Assembly (NCBI GenBank): GCA_964276515.1
Contig: OZ193909.1
Span: 6,014,001-6,078,000 of the forward strand
Direction: 5' to 3'
DNA length: 64,000 nucleotides
Source: Gordius albopunctatus
Taxonomy: Eukaryota
Made by a program: the position numbers and the translations under genes. Positions 38,801 through 50,587 of the stretch are shown piece after piece (positions within the stretch are counted from its first letter, which is position 1; each line of letters begins with the position of its first letter). The notes under the pieces are model-generated. The model was given only the letters and a program-made list of their open reading frames with translations. It ran no database searches and had not been told where the DNA came from.

Positions 38801-41052
38801 CGTCGAGATACCATAAGTCCAACCTTAAATTGCATTTTTCGTTGATTTCATCTATTAATGGTTGGATGGCCATACAAAATAAGGGGGGAGCCAAGGGAGT
38901 CCCCCTGTTGAATGCCCTCAGCTGAATCAATAAAAAATTGTCCAAATTTTAAAATAGACGGAGTGCCATAACTTAAAAGAATATAGTTGGCATATTGGGA
39001 AAAGCATCGATGAAAGTGTTAATAAAGGAATTTCTATTTTTAGGTTGTTAAAGGCATTTTGAAAGTCTAATTTTATAAAAGACTCGCTGGGCGGTAGATT
39101 TTCAAGGGTCAATCTAGCAGCATGCGTAGATATTTCACATCCCCCTTTAACACCGAATCCTAGCTGATGAGGCATTAGAGATGGGGATAAATTATGCTTA
39201 ATTGCTTTGCATATTATTTTAGAGGTGATTCTTCTAAAAACTCCACCGATAGTGATCGGTCTCAATGATTTGTTTGGTTTTTCGATAGCAAGTAACTTTG
39301 CCCCAAAAACTATCGGTCGTACTTCCTGGGGAATGTTGCCATTAATGATTAGATTGCAAACATTTGTTAGGGCAGTTAGTAAAACTGGAGAGTTGATGTT
39401 TTCGACTTTTATAAGATCTTGAAGATAGATTGGTTTAATGCCATCCAAACCTGCAGCAGAATCCATGGGAAAAGAATGGATAGCTTCACTTATATCTGAG
39501 GACTCTAGAGTTATGCTGGATGGCGTAAGAGGGAAGGTATATTGTGAATAATGTTTGGGGTGTTTTGCTAGGAGTTGTTGATATGATTCCTGACTAGGGG
39601 TTACAATCGGATTGTTTTCCTCTAAAAGTCTCATGGTTACTTTTATATTAAATGAGTGAATTTTCCTGGATATCCTAGTTGCTGTTTGTTTTGGAGTTGA
39701 AGATATTAATTTTCCTTCATCAGGTGTATAATTTGCAAGTGTATTATTAATGTCAAAATTCAAAATTTAATTTTTTGTGATAGGTTTGTTCTCTTAGATT
39801 TGGGTGGGGCCAAAATGTGATAAGAGAATTTGATTAATTTTTCCAATGCAACAATGTTGTGTGGATCACTTATGATAGTATTTAGCAAGCTTATTAGAAA
39901 TTGTTGCAAGCAAGGACGTGCTCCTCTTGGAATTCTTGAAATTGTGGGGGTGAAGCCATGTGCAAAAAGGACTTTACTCCACGTTGAATCCAGAGGCTAA
40001 TCACTGTAATAAACATTATTAGGGGTAGCTGGGAATGTATTTAGGTATAATGTCAATATTATTATTAGATTCAAATTCTAGTGCTGTAGGAAGACATATT
40101 ATGTTTGGGGGAGCCAGCTTACCAGATGAAGGGCATTTAGCTGATAATAGGCCATGGGGGACAAAACAATTTTTTTTGTTTAAACAAATGTTTCTCTCAC
40201 ATGTAGGGCATAGAGATTTAAGTGCTACCATGGGTGTAAGATGATAAATAAAGATTAATAAGAATTTCAAACGTGGGAGATTGAGATTTACAGGGTATGT
40301 GTTATATTGGTTGGTATTATGCCTTTATGTTATAACATAAGTTTGTTTATTCTCAGATTTAAGTGGTATACAGCTATACAGCAAAGGTAAAAGGTTGTTA
40401 TGCAATATAAATTTAGCCCCTTAAGGTGAAATCAGGGAGTTAATAAATGAGCACAGTAAAATTTTATATTGTATAAATAAAAGATATTATGAAATATAAA
40501 ATTATTGTATAATATTGGAGAGAAAAAAGGCTCAAAGAATTCAACAAAGGTCATATTAAAACTTGTAAGGTATACATTGCTTACCTTTTGTGATGTGGAA
40601 ACATTATAAAGTGTTTGTAAACATGGAGCTTCTTCTGATAATAGTTAAGACATATAAAAATATATTTCAAAGTAGAATTTTGATAATAAATAAATATTGT
40701 GGAAATTTGAGGTATATCTGAGATAACTAGCTTTGATTAATGCATCCACATGACATATGATTGTTGCTGCTGATGATAATTGAATAAATCCTTTTTATTT
40801 TATTTTGGAAATAAAAGTTGTGATGGACTACTATACCATCAATAAACAAAATAAAATGTAGTGTAATGGATTCGATAACGAAGAAGATAATGTTGGAGCA
40901 CTCCCGACAGAATCCATAATCTTAATTGCCATGCTTAATCAAATCCCTCGTCCTTCTCCTGCGTGTTATTTGCGTCAAAGATCAGAAATGCCAGGCCGGG
41001 TGCCCGACCTGGCGAATCCAGTCGAAAAGACAAAAATGTAAAAGGCAAATTA
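35896..41052 (-). mobile_element. Decayed CRE-clade non-LTR retrotransposon (N-terminal zinc finger, RT, restriction-like endonuclease)
   Basis: Frameshifted ORF pieces from 40270 to 36009: CPTC..H..C, SAAGLDG, RPITIGGVFRR, PHQLGFGVKGGCE, KLDFQNAFN, PLAPPLFC, WYLDD, QATLPTKSGGLG, IALRLG, HPLHC..RH, EP..RRPD, DFTC, AEGRKLTKY, FIPIV. AATAAA and an A-rich tail at about 35930-35896 (minus). 5' boundary approximate. Confidence 0.88.
36376..37789. mobile_element. Non-autonomous DNA element with TCTCG/CGAGA subterminal repeats inserted in the CRE endonuclease
   Basis: Separates RRPD (ends 37790) from LIVP*ENG...DFTC (resumes about 36374); TCTCG clusters at both ends around an AT-rich core; one terminus appears lost. 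Confidence 0.75.
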
Positions 41053-41802
41053 AATGAAAGTAAATTGATATTATGAACCTAATAGAAAATTTTTTAATAA
41101 TATCAGAGAATAGAAAAATACGCGCTTCGGGCGCAGCTGTGGGCTTCGCCCCCAGACCCTCATCTCCTGGGGGCTCCGCCTTATTAATAATTTATTGAAA
41201 TAAAAATGTTTTTGAAAAATTTGAAATTTTCTACCCCCTTGGGAAAATCCCGGCTACGCGCCTGTCATAATATTTTATACAATAGTATAGTTAGAAAATT
41301 AAATCAAAAGATTATCGCAAAAATCACTTTAATTTTCAATCCTTATAAAATCTCATTTTATTGTTAGTGCGGAATATTTTATTCTATCATAATTCAATCA
41401 AATATCTATTTTTGTAATTAATATACATCTAACGACACGAATATGATTATTTTTAGGTTAGAATAGTGCAATTTTTTAAGACAACTTCACATTTCATAAT
41501 GTCGTATACAAATCTCAATTTTGTATTTTATTAACTGAGTTAATTAAAAAGCTAAATATGTTATTAAATTTAATTTAATTAAAGAATGAAATTAGACAAT
41601 CCTGTATTTATTTGTCTTCTAATAAGATATCGTCCATTTTCTTCAGGTTATGAGTTCGAATGTAAAGTATATCAAAGACCGTGCTATCCTTGTACCCTAC
41701 AAAATATTGTAAAAGTTATTTACACATTAAAATTTCGTCAAAATATTTTATAATAAAACAAATCATTATTTATTATACTGTTAATCAAAACTTAGCCCAA
41801 GA

Positions 41803-41983
41803 CATGGGCGTAGCGAACCTTGAAATTTAAAGGGGGGGCAATAATGATTTAGGGAGGGGAAAAAAGAACATTTTTTGAAATTTTAGCCGTAATTTTAATA
41901 AATTTCACAAATTTTTGGATTTATGGGGGGGGGGCAGCCGCCCCTCTTTGCCCCGCCCCTTTGGCCCCTTGGCCACGCCCATG
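41803..41983. mobile_element. CATGGGCG-family MITE
   Basis: TIR CATGGGCGTAGC / GCCACGCCCATG; TSD degenerate. Confidence 0.8.
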
Positions 41984-42397
41984 GCTCAAATGCTAGACTT
42001 ACAGCGATAATACCTAATAATTATTTTCACATAAATATCACAAACATGTATTTTATTTATTACAACAAATGGAAATTTGAAAGTGGTTCCACGGGGAGAA
42101 TTTCTAAATTGAAAAATGTATTCGTAATAACCAGGGACTTGATCATAGGTTCTACTCTGCAAAGTGACGTAATAAAATCGTCCCAAAATACTGAAAGGTG
42201 TGCTCCTACGATATTCTGTGAATAAGGGTGGGCCCGTCGGGAACGTGAGAGCTTGAAAATGCACAAAAAAATTTATTTTTTTAATAAATATTATCAGTAT
42301 ATTTTAATTTTTCGAATAATTAATTTAATTATATATGTAAGCTACTCAATGAATTTAGAAATCTCCTGAAAGTTTTTCAATCAAAAATAATGATTAT

Positions 42398-42571
42398 CAT
42401 GGGCTTAGCCAAGGGGAGAGGGGGGGACAGGGGAACCGGCTGCCCCCTCTGGATCCAAAAATTGGTTAAAAATTATTAAAATATGGCTGAAATTTCAAAA
42501 AATGATAATTTTACCCCTCCCTAAATCATTAGTGCCCCCCTCTAATCCCAATACTGGCGGCTACGCCCATG
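42398..42571. mobile_element. CATGGGCG-family MITE
   Basis: TIRs plus 8-bp TSD ATGATTAT / ATGATAAT. Confidence 0.85.
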
Positions 42572-44006
42572 ATGATAATAACGACAAATATATTACTGAC
42601 GCGTTTTCCCTTGGTCAAAGCAAACTTGATGTCAATGTTGCATTGTTCGATAGATTGATTTTTGCGGACGTAAAAGAGGATTTCGTCATTATTTACATAT
42701 CCTAGTAGAAATCAACAAAAACTTATTTTCAAGCAATAAAATAATAATATAGTTGCTTCATTGTATTTAATCTAATTTTTATTTTAAAAGTTATTTATTG
42801 GCAATTTATATACTGTATACTGCTGTTTCTGGTTCTCCCAATTTTATATTCCCATTTTGCTGGGACAGTTCACCTTTAAATAATTTTGAACTTCCTATTA
42901 TGCAATCCTGCAGCGGCTTACGTCCAAACGTACTAGCGCAACAATCTATCATCAAGTAAAATCAAAAATTAAGTCGCCTATTTTTGAATATGCGTTTACG
43001 AAAACTTACTCCTATTCTCGGTTCAATTCCAACAAATGAACTATAGATTATTTTTATAACTTAATATTCCCTCATTAATTTTTGCCTAAACAATCAAATA
43101 TTCAAAAGTGGACATTAAATATAGGCAGGGGAATGAGGGGCAGATGTCCCCCCGCCCTCACCTTAATTCTTAATTTTTACATTAAATTATAATTAATTTT
43201 TTACAAATAATATTTTTGACCCTATCTAACTTACTCTACAAGCTTCCTCTCCCCATAAGTTAATTCCTGGTTAACCTCATCTAGGTGAACATTCAAGATA
43301 ACATTAGCTGGGTGTTTTTTTTAATAAATTTTGGGCCCAAACGATTGGGGCTATTTAATTATAATAATAATAATAATTTTAATTGAATTTTATCTTTATT
43401 TAAAGAATATTATAGAAAAGCAAATTTTAATACTTTAATAATTTATAGGTAACTAATTGATTACTTGTTATGGATAAAATTATTAACCAGGCCATATATA
43501 ATTTCATATTTAGAAATAGGAAAATGATAATTTTACCATAACCTTGAAATTAATGTAATAGTTTGTTTGATTTTATTGTAAATTGACATGAAACAAGACG
43601 CCGTTTGGCAGTTGCAATTGCTACCGTTGCCAGAAAATTCAAATAAACCGCCAATACCATAAGGCCATCATTAGCAAAAATTGGTAAAATAAAATCGCTT
43701 AAGTGCTAAATTATATGGTATAAATTTAACAGTAAAAATTATCTTTCCCAAGAAATTTCATCCGGGCTCAATATATTTACCAAATCATAATTGCAGCCCA
43801 TCCCAAATTCTATTTTTAATTGATAATTTAGATTTTCAATATAAGGTTAAAAAAGATAGAGTAATACAATAATTTGGTCGCAATGTGTAATTTAAATGGA
43901 CAACGAGCTTAAATACGTTTAAATCGTGGGGTCTCAAAGATCCTTATTTATACCTTTGCTCAGTCACAAAATTTTCAATAAAATCTTAATTTTATTAACT
44001 ATTAAA

Positions 44007-44250
44007 TAGAGTTGTTAGGTTGCTAACTATGTGCTATGCTCGAGCACGAACACTCTGTGTAATATGCTAGTTTAATTTAATGAGTGCTAGCTGTTCGTTC
44101 GGTGCAATAGTTTTAACAGTAGCACGTAAAAATGCTCGAGAGGTTAGTCGAAGCGAAGCAGCCCAATCTGTTAAAAAATTTAGGAGGAGCTCGAGCAGTA
44201 AATTCGAGCAGATAGTAGATTGAATTGCTATTTGTTAAAATTTAGTAACT
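44007..44250. mobile_element. TAGAGTTG-type element, copy related to 32371
   Basis: Shares GCTAACTATGTGCTATGCTCGAGCACGAAC...GCTCGAGAGGTTAGTCGAAGC with 32400-32532; right end degenerate. Confidence 0.7.
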
Positions 44251-44267
44251 TACAATATTTGCTCATA

Positions 44268-45400
44268 TTAATTGCTATGCAATTTATGGGCTCGCTTTTT
44301 GGTGTCCGTCCGTCCGTTGTCCGTCCGTCCGTTGTCCGTCCGTTACCCACCAATTTATTTACACCAGCTTCCCGACCTGGAGGTTCGTGTTCAATCCCGG
44401 GAGAGGACAAATTTATTTTAATTTTTTAAATTAAATTTATATTTTGTTCTTGTTAATACCATTGATAATATGATTTTTTGACCGTCCGCTGGTTGCTGAC
44501 CAATGAAAAAAATGACCATTGGCCAAATAAATCGAATTTTTTTTTCGTTTTCGAATTGGGTAATAACATTGATAATTACCCTATGCCCTCCACTACAAGG
44601 GCCTATGCCTCTACTGATATTATGGGTTAGTGTGCCCCTACAAAATACTGATGTTGGTTCGAATCCCGGAGAGGACAAAATTTCTATTTTTTTAAATTAA
44701 ATTAATATTTTGTTCTTGTTAATATCATTGATAATATGAATTTTTGACCGTGCCCTGGCTACTGACCAATGATAAAAATGACCATTGGCCAAAATGTAAA
44801 TTGAAATTTTTTTTTCGTTTTTTTTGACTCGTATGTATTTATAGACCGTCTCTGGGTACTGACCAATTAAAAAAAATGACCATTGGCCAAAACGTGATTC
44901 GAAATTTTTTTTCCTTTTTTTGACTCGTATGTATTTATAGACGGTCTCTTGGTGCGGAACAATAAAAAAATGACCATTGGCCAAATTGTGAATCGAATTT
45001 TTTTTTTCGTTTTTGAATTAGTTAACATTGATAATTACGCTATGCCCTCCACTTCAATGGCCTACGCCTCTACTGATATGGGTCCTTGTGCCCCTACAAA
45101 AGCTTATGCCTCTACTGATATGGGTTCAAATCCCGGAGAGGGCAAATTTTTTTTATTTTATTATTTAATTAATATATTCTCCTTGTTAATACCATTAATA
45201 ATATGACTTTTTGGCCGTCCGCTGGCTACTGAACATTGAAAAAAATGACCATTGGCCAAATAAATCTAATTTTTTTTTCGTTTTTGAATTGGTTAACATT
45301 AATAATTACCCTATGTCCTCCTCTACAAGGGCCTATGCCTCTACTGATATGGGTCCCTGTGCCCCTACAAAAGCCTATGACTCTATTAATATGGGTGGGG
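44268..45400 (+). mobile_element. Helentron-associated/DINE-1-like element, 5' part, with tandem units carrying tRNA B-box-like motifs
   Basis: Terminus TTAATTGCTATGCAATTTATGGGC followed by a (GTCC)n microsatellite (about 44304-44343), then repeated TTTTGACCGT..CTGACCAAT..AAAATGACCATTGGCCAAA units and GGTTCRAATCCCGGAGAGG. Confidence 0.6.
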
Positions 45401-45464
45401 GGGGGGCAGATTAAAAAAAAAATTTTCTCGACTATCCAAAAACTTTCAACGGGCTTTGTATCAT

Positions 45465-46448
45465 AATTCATAAACTTTCCAACGGGCCCGGACGGGCTTA
45501 ACAATTAATGGAAGGGGCTTGAACGGGCCATAGATTATATAAACGGTCATGGATTACAAAGGTTCTCAAAAGTCAGACATTTATATAAATATATGATTTT
45601 TATTAAATATATAGATTATTAATTCTTCTATTCCTTTAACCTGTAATTTTTGTATATCCTGTAGCATTCATTTCTTTTTCAAGCGCTAAATTTGACTCTA
45701 AAGCATTTTTATTCTATTTGCTATAGATTTTCGTTGATATAATTTAAGATTATAGCTTCCTATATTCTTTTATAATTATGTTCAATTACTTAGGTACAAT
45801 GAACCAAAATTTAAATTTCTGTTTTTAATTTTATCACAAATTTTACTGGTATAATTAATAGGGCCATATAAATAAATAAATATTTTTGTCTAATCTAAAA
45901 TTTAGGTGTATTAACGGATATAAATTAATCAAATCAATGTAAACTACTTATTGAAAGTTGAATATTTTCATGTAATTTTATCAAAGTATTTTAATTCAAT
46001 GGTAATATTCTAACTTCTTAGGTGTATTAACTTAAATTAATCAAATAAAAGTAAATTTTTTAAAGTGGAATATTGTCATGTAATTTATTAAAGTAATTTA
46101 ATGGTAGTACTATATCAAATTGTAGGTGTAAACTGCAGAAATAATTGATGATTTATTATTTTTACATGATAATTATTAATTTTTTTTTATGAATATGTCA
46201 AAAAATAAAATAAAATTGTGAAATTTTAGATAGGGCCGGGCGCGGAGTTCTTTACAAAAATTTGAACGGGTTTTGGCGGGCCTGACGTTTTTCTAAACGG
46301 GTACGAACGGGCCTAAAAAATTTACGGACGGGCTCGGACGGGACTGAAGTGTTGAAAAAAAATTACGGGCGGACTCGGACGGGCCTTGAAGTTTTGAAAA
46401 CGGGTACGGGCGGGCCGAGCTTCTAAAAACAGCCCGTTGCAGATCTCT
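45465..46448. mobile_element. TIR element with ACGGGC subterminal repeats ending ...TTGCAGATCTCTA
   Basis: Its right end is reverse-complementary to the sequence starting TAGAGATCTGCAA at 51148; internal ~118-bp tandem duplication at about 45900-46130; left end not defined. Confidence 0.6.
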
Positions 46449-46743
46449 ATTATATATCATAAATAAATTAAGAACTTTGCCCCCTCCCCTTTATTTTTTA
46501 CCCTCTTTCTTATCAAAGGGGAGGAGGGTGTTTTGCCCCCCCCCCACCTATTTTTTACCCTCCTTCCCACCAGGGAGAGGGAGGGGGGGGGGAGTGATTT
46601 GTCCCACCCCCCCCTTTTTTTACCCCTTTTCCCACAAAAAGTTGGGGTGGGTCAAATCACCCCCCCCCCTCTCTGGTGAGAAAGTGGGTAAAAAATAAGG
46701 GGGGGGGGAAAGTTCTTTAGACCTTATTATTTTATATTTTTTG

Positions 46744-47002
46744 AATACTCAGCATTTTGATTAAAATTCATAATTTAGATTTTTTAAATAAAATACTTAG
46801 CATTTTAATAAAAGACTTAGCATATCAAAATAAAAACTTAGCAATTTAATAATAAAAACTTAGCATTTAAAAATAAAATACTTAGCATTTAGATTAAAAT
46901 ACTTAGCATAAAATACTTAGCGTTTTTTAATAAAATACTTATCACTTTAATTAAAATACTTAGCATAAATTACTTAGCAATTTGTAATTATTTACTTAGC
47001 AG
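46744..47002. repeat. AT-rich minisatellite with AAATACTTAGCA core, more than 10 degenerate copies
   Basis: ACTTAGCA recurs at 13-22-bp spacing. Confidence 0.85.
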
Positions 47003-47121
47003 TTAAATAACACCCATTCATTAATTGATTTATATTATCCTATCATCATTAGAATAATAGCAGAGTTAAACATAAGATTTTCGGAAATTAATTGTAATCT
47101 ATATAGCTCCTTAGAAGGTTT

Positions 47122-47290
47122 CATTGGCGTAGCCAGCATTTGAATTAGAGGGCGGCAATAATGATTTAGGGAGGGTCAAAATAATTATTTTTTCTAATTT
47201 CAGCCATAATTTTATAAATTTCAACAAAATTTTGGATTTAGAGGGGGGCGGCCGCCCCTCCTTGCCCCCCCCCCCTTGACTACACCCATG
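47122..47290. mobile_element. CATGGGCG-family MITE
   Basis: Perfect 8-bp TSD GAAGGTTT on both sides. Confidence 0.9.
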
Positions 47291-48676
47291 GAAGGTTTAA
47301 ACCCTTCATCCCCTTTTTGCGACAAATCTCTTTTATCAGAAGTAATTAACCATTATGAATCAAAACTGCAAGATGCAGAAACAATAATGGCGAAAAATCA
47401 TGTAATATATTATAATTCTTTACTTCAAATAAAATAAAATGCAATGATATTTTTCACTTATTAAAATTTTACAACAAAGTATCTATGAATCATATAAATT
47501 CGTAGAAACAAATTGAATATTTAAAGCGAATATATGATGAACTCGAGTTCATTTTAGACAGGTTCCTTGTTTTTCGCAAAACTTGTTATCTATAAATCAT
47601 ATAATTTAGTAAAAACAAATTAAACATTAATAAAGATTATATATTGAACTCAAGTTCTTTGTACCTAGGTACCTTGTTATTCACAAAATTTGTTATTTAT
47701 GTATTATATAAATTAATAGAAACGAATTAATGAATAGAGAATAGAAAATGAACTCAGGTTCAACGTTGTAGTTAGCTTGTTATTACAAAACATGGCTTTG
47801 ATATTAATCGAATTCTGAGAAATAAGGTAGTAAATATAACATACATGTTCACCATCGTATGGCTCTTGTTATTATTTTTCAAACACGAAAACGCTCACCT
47901 TTATAAAATAAAATGTTATAAGATGGTTTTACAAAGTATTTACATCATGTACCTTTCGCCTTATTTAGTTTTAATACTAACACATTCATTAATAACCTTT
48001 CGTATTTGAGGTTCAGTTCTTTATAAATATCCTTGTGTATATGATTACATATGGCAAACAAAAAATTGCATAGCAATTAATTAAGCCCATGAATAAATAA
48101 ATTAGTTAATGAAATTTAAAAATTTGGGTAGAGTGTAAAAATACTGGCCGCCGGATAGTTATATCTAAGCGGCTAAAGTGACTATAATAATAAAGGCAGC
48201 GATGGCTTAACTGGGGCGAGGGTCAATGTAGGTAGAACCCTGCACGGTTCGCTCAAGGCCCGAAAAATAATCGGGCCTCGGTTCGGGCCTAATGGGCCAA
48301 CCCGACTTGCGGTTTTAGCCCGGCCGAAACCAACTCGAGTAAGCAACCAATGTAACTTTTATGCTTCAAAAAGTGTTCATAGAAAATTAAATTTTTAAAT
48401 TTGTATTTACAAAAAGGCTTGTCAAATAAGCTCACATAACGTATGTCTTTTCTGGATAGAGATGGTACAATAGGGTAATTTTCCGAACCTTGGTTCAATT
48501 TTCTTGTAATTTCCCTTTAACTTATTATAATAATATTTCAAATATTTAATTTTTTAAAGAATGTTTCACTATATTTTGAAGCTAATTAATATTCAATTCA
48601 TATTGGCGCTTAAATCATTTGTTTTTTATTCGATTTCATAATAAATAATTAAGTTAATTAGCTTATCATGTCTAAT

Positions 48677-49307
48677 TAGAGCCCTGCACGGGCCGCTCAT
48701 AGCCCGACCCGGCCAGAATTTGATAAAATTCGGGTCTCGGGCTCGGATGGAGCCTGATGAGGGGGCCCGACCCGAGGCCGGCCCGAATCGAACGAAAGCA
48801 AATTAATCTTTATAAAACACGATTTAAATAAACTCAACTCGATATTAAATAATTATCTTCTCACATAATATAGCTTCCAAACCAGCTCTTCCCCCTGACT
48901 ATTATAATTTAACTGACCTGAATTGCAAATTTTATTCTAGTATTTAAATAGATTCATAGTAGCTGTTAGAACTTTGGAAATAAGATAGGTATATATTTCA
49001 TATGGTTTTTTATTTGAAACTGTTAAAAATATATTTTATAAAGTTAGATTTTTAGTTCAAAATTATCAGCTGAATAAATTTAGTGAAAATGGATTTCTTA
49101 CAAGCTTATCCTTGTAATTTGAGATTAATAACAATCCAATTTTATATTTAGATGGTGAAATAGCTATCGAAAATATAATTTTTTTAAAATTTCATTTGAA
49201 AATTCGGGTCGGGTCAAAAAATAAAAAGTCTTCCGGGCTCGGGCAAAATAAAATTTGAGAAGTCGGGCCGGGATCGGGCAGAAGAAATTTCATTTTGCAG
49301 GGCTCTA
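48677..49307. mobile_element. TAGAGCCCTGCA-family MITE
   Basis: TIR TAGAGCCCTGCA / TGCAGGGCTCTA with CCCGA/TCGGG subterminal repeats; no clear TSD. Confidence 0.85.
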
Positions 49308-49736
49308 GTAGTATTGCAATTGGTAAATCACCTCAACCCATTGTAACATTCAATCGTGTTCTAATTACAATACAATTTATACAACCTACCACCAAATGTA
49401 ACAATTTCGTAATGCTAATGCGCATGCTATGCCGTAGCATAATAATAAATGAACGCAAAGATAGAAAGCGCTATTCTCATAATCTTATAAATTCATGTTT
49501 TACTCTCTATTTCCCCAAAATCAATATCTCAATACAATACAATAATATTGAACACTGTGTACAATTTTGAATATTTGCGATTAATATTGTTGTTATTTTT
49601 GTTGAATAAATTTTCAAGGTTATAATGAGCTTGCGTAAAATTTCATGTTATTGCTTGCAGTAATACTGAATATAAGTTAGCCTAAAGTAGATGGTATGGC
49701 TCAAGGGTCTTTTTGACTTTGTTAGACCCTTATATG

Positions 49737-50432
49737 TAGAGCCCTGCAAAATTAAATTTCTTCTGCCCGAGCCCGGCCCGAGCCCGACTTCTCAATTTTT
49801 ATTTTGCCCGAGTCCGGCCCGAAAGATTTTTTTATCTTTGGCCCGACCCGATTTTTTAAATAAAATTTTTGAGAAATATATTTTTGAAAATTAATTCACT
49901 ATCTTAATATAAAATGCATTCGATTGTTATTACACGTATTTCCAACTAGGATAAGTTTGAAATAAAAATTTTTCACTCGTTATAATTTATTCGGTTAATC
50001 ATTTAAAGTTAAAAATTTAACTTTATAATATATATTTTTAACAGTTCAAACAAACAAAAACCTTTTGAAATATTTACTTATCTTATTTCTAAAGTTGTAA
50101 CAGCTACTATAAATCTATTTAAATACTAGAATAAGATTTGCAATTCAGGTCAGTTATATTATAATAGACAAGGGAAAAAGCTAAAGTTTGGAAGCTATAT
50201 AATGTAATGTGTACGAAAAATAATTATTTAATATCGAATTTTATTTAAATCCTATTTTATAAGAGATTAATATGTTTTAGTTCAATTCGGGCCGGACTCG
50301 GGCCTCAGGTCGGGCCGCCACATCAGGCCCAACCCGAGCCCGAGGCCCGATTTTATTATAAAACTTTGCCCGAGCCTGGCCCGAATCCCGATCGGGCCGG
50401 GTCGGGCTTCGGGCGGCCTGTGCAGGGCTCTA
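49737..50432. mobile_element. TAGAGCCCTGCA-family MITE, inverted relative to 48677-49307
   Basis: Same TIRs; TSD CTTATATG / ATTATATG; interior is a diverged reverse complement of the neighbouring copy. Confidence 0.88.
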
Positions 50433-50436
50433 ATTA

Positions 50437-50587
50437 TATGGGCGTAGCCAACACTGGGATTAGAGGGGGGCAATAATGATTTGGGTAGGGGCAAAATAAT
50501 CATTTTGTAAAAATTTAGCTATAATTTTCATGAATTTTTGGATTTAGAAGGGGCAGACCCCCCCCCCCCCACATGGCTACGCCCATG
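50437..50587. mobile_element. CATGGGCG-family MITE
   Basis: TATGGGCGTAGCC...GGCTACGCCCATG termini. Confidence 0.8.

Noticed and set aside
40940..41025. HDV-like ribozyme on the plus strand (hairpin followed by GCGAA)
   Set aside because: No P1/P1.1/P2/P3 arrangement could be built, and it is antisense to the CRE element.
44600..44680. Possible tRNA gene (GGTTCGAATCC B-box)
   Set aside because: No convincing cloverleaf or anticodon arm; it is part of a tandem unit, so it is treated as tRNA-derived only.
44470..45400. Repeat-spacer-like array (also 46744-47002 and 55301-56020) resembling CRISPR
   Set aside because: Intervening segments are themselves repeated and degenerate, there are no cas genes, and the context is eukaryotic.
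48754..48800. Hammerhead-like CTGATGA...GAAA
   Set aside because: Required stems are absent and the paralogous MITE copy has CTGATGT at this position.
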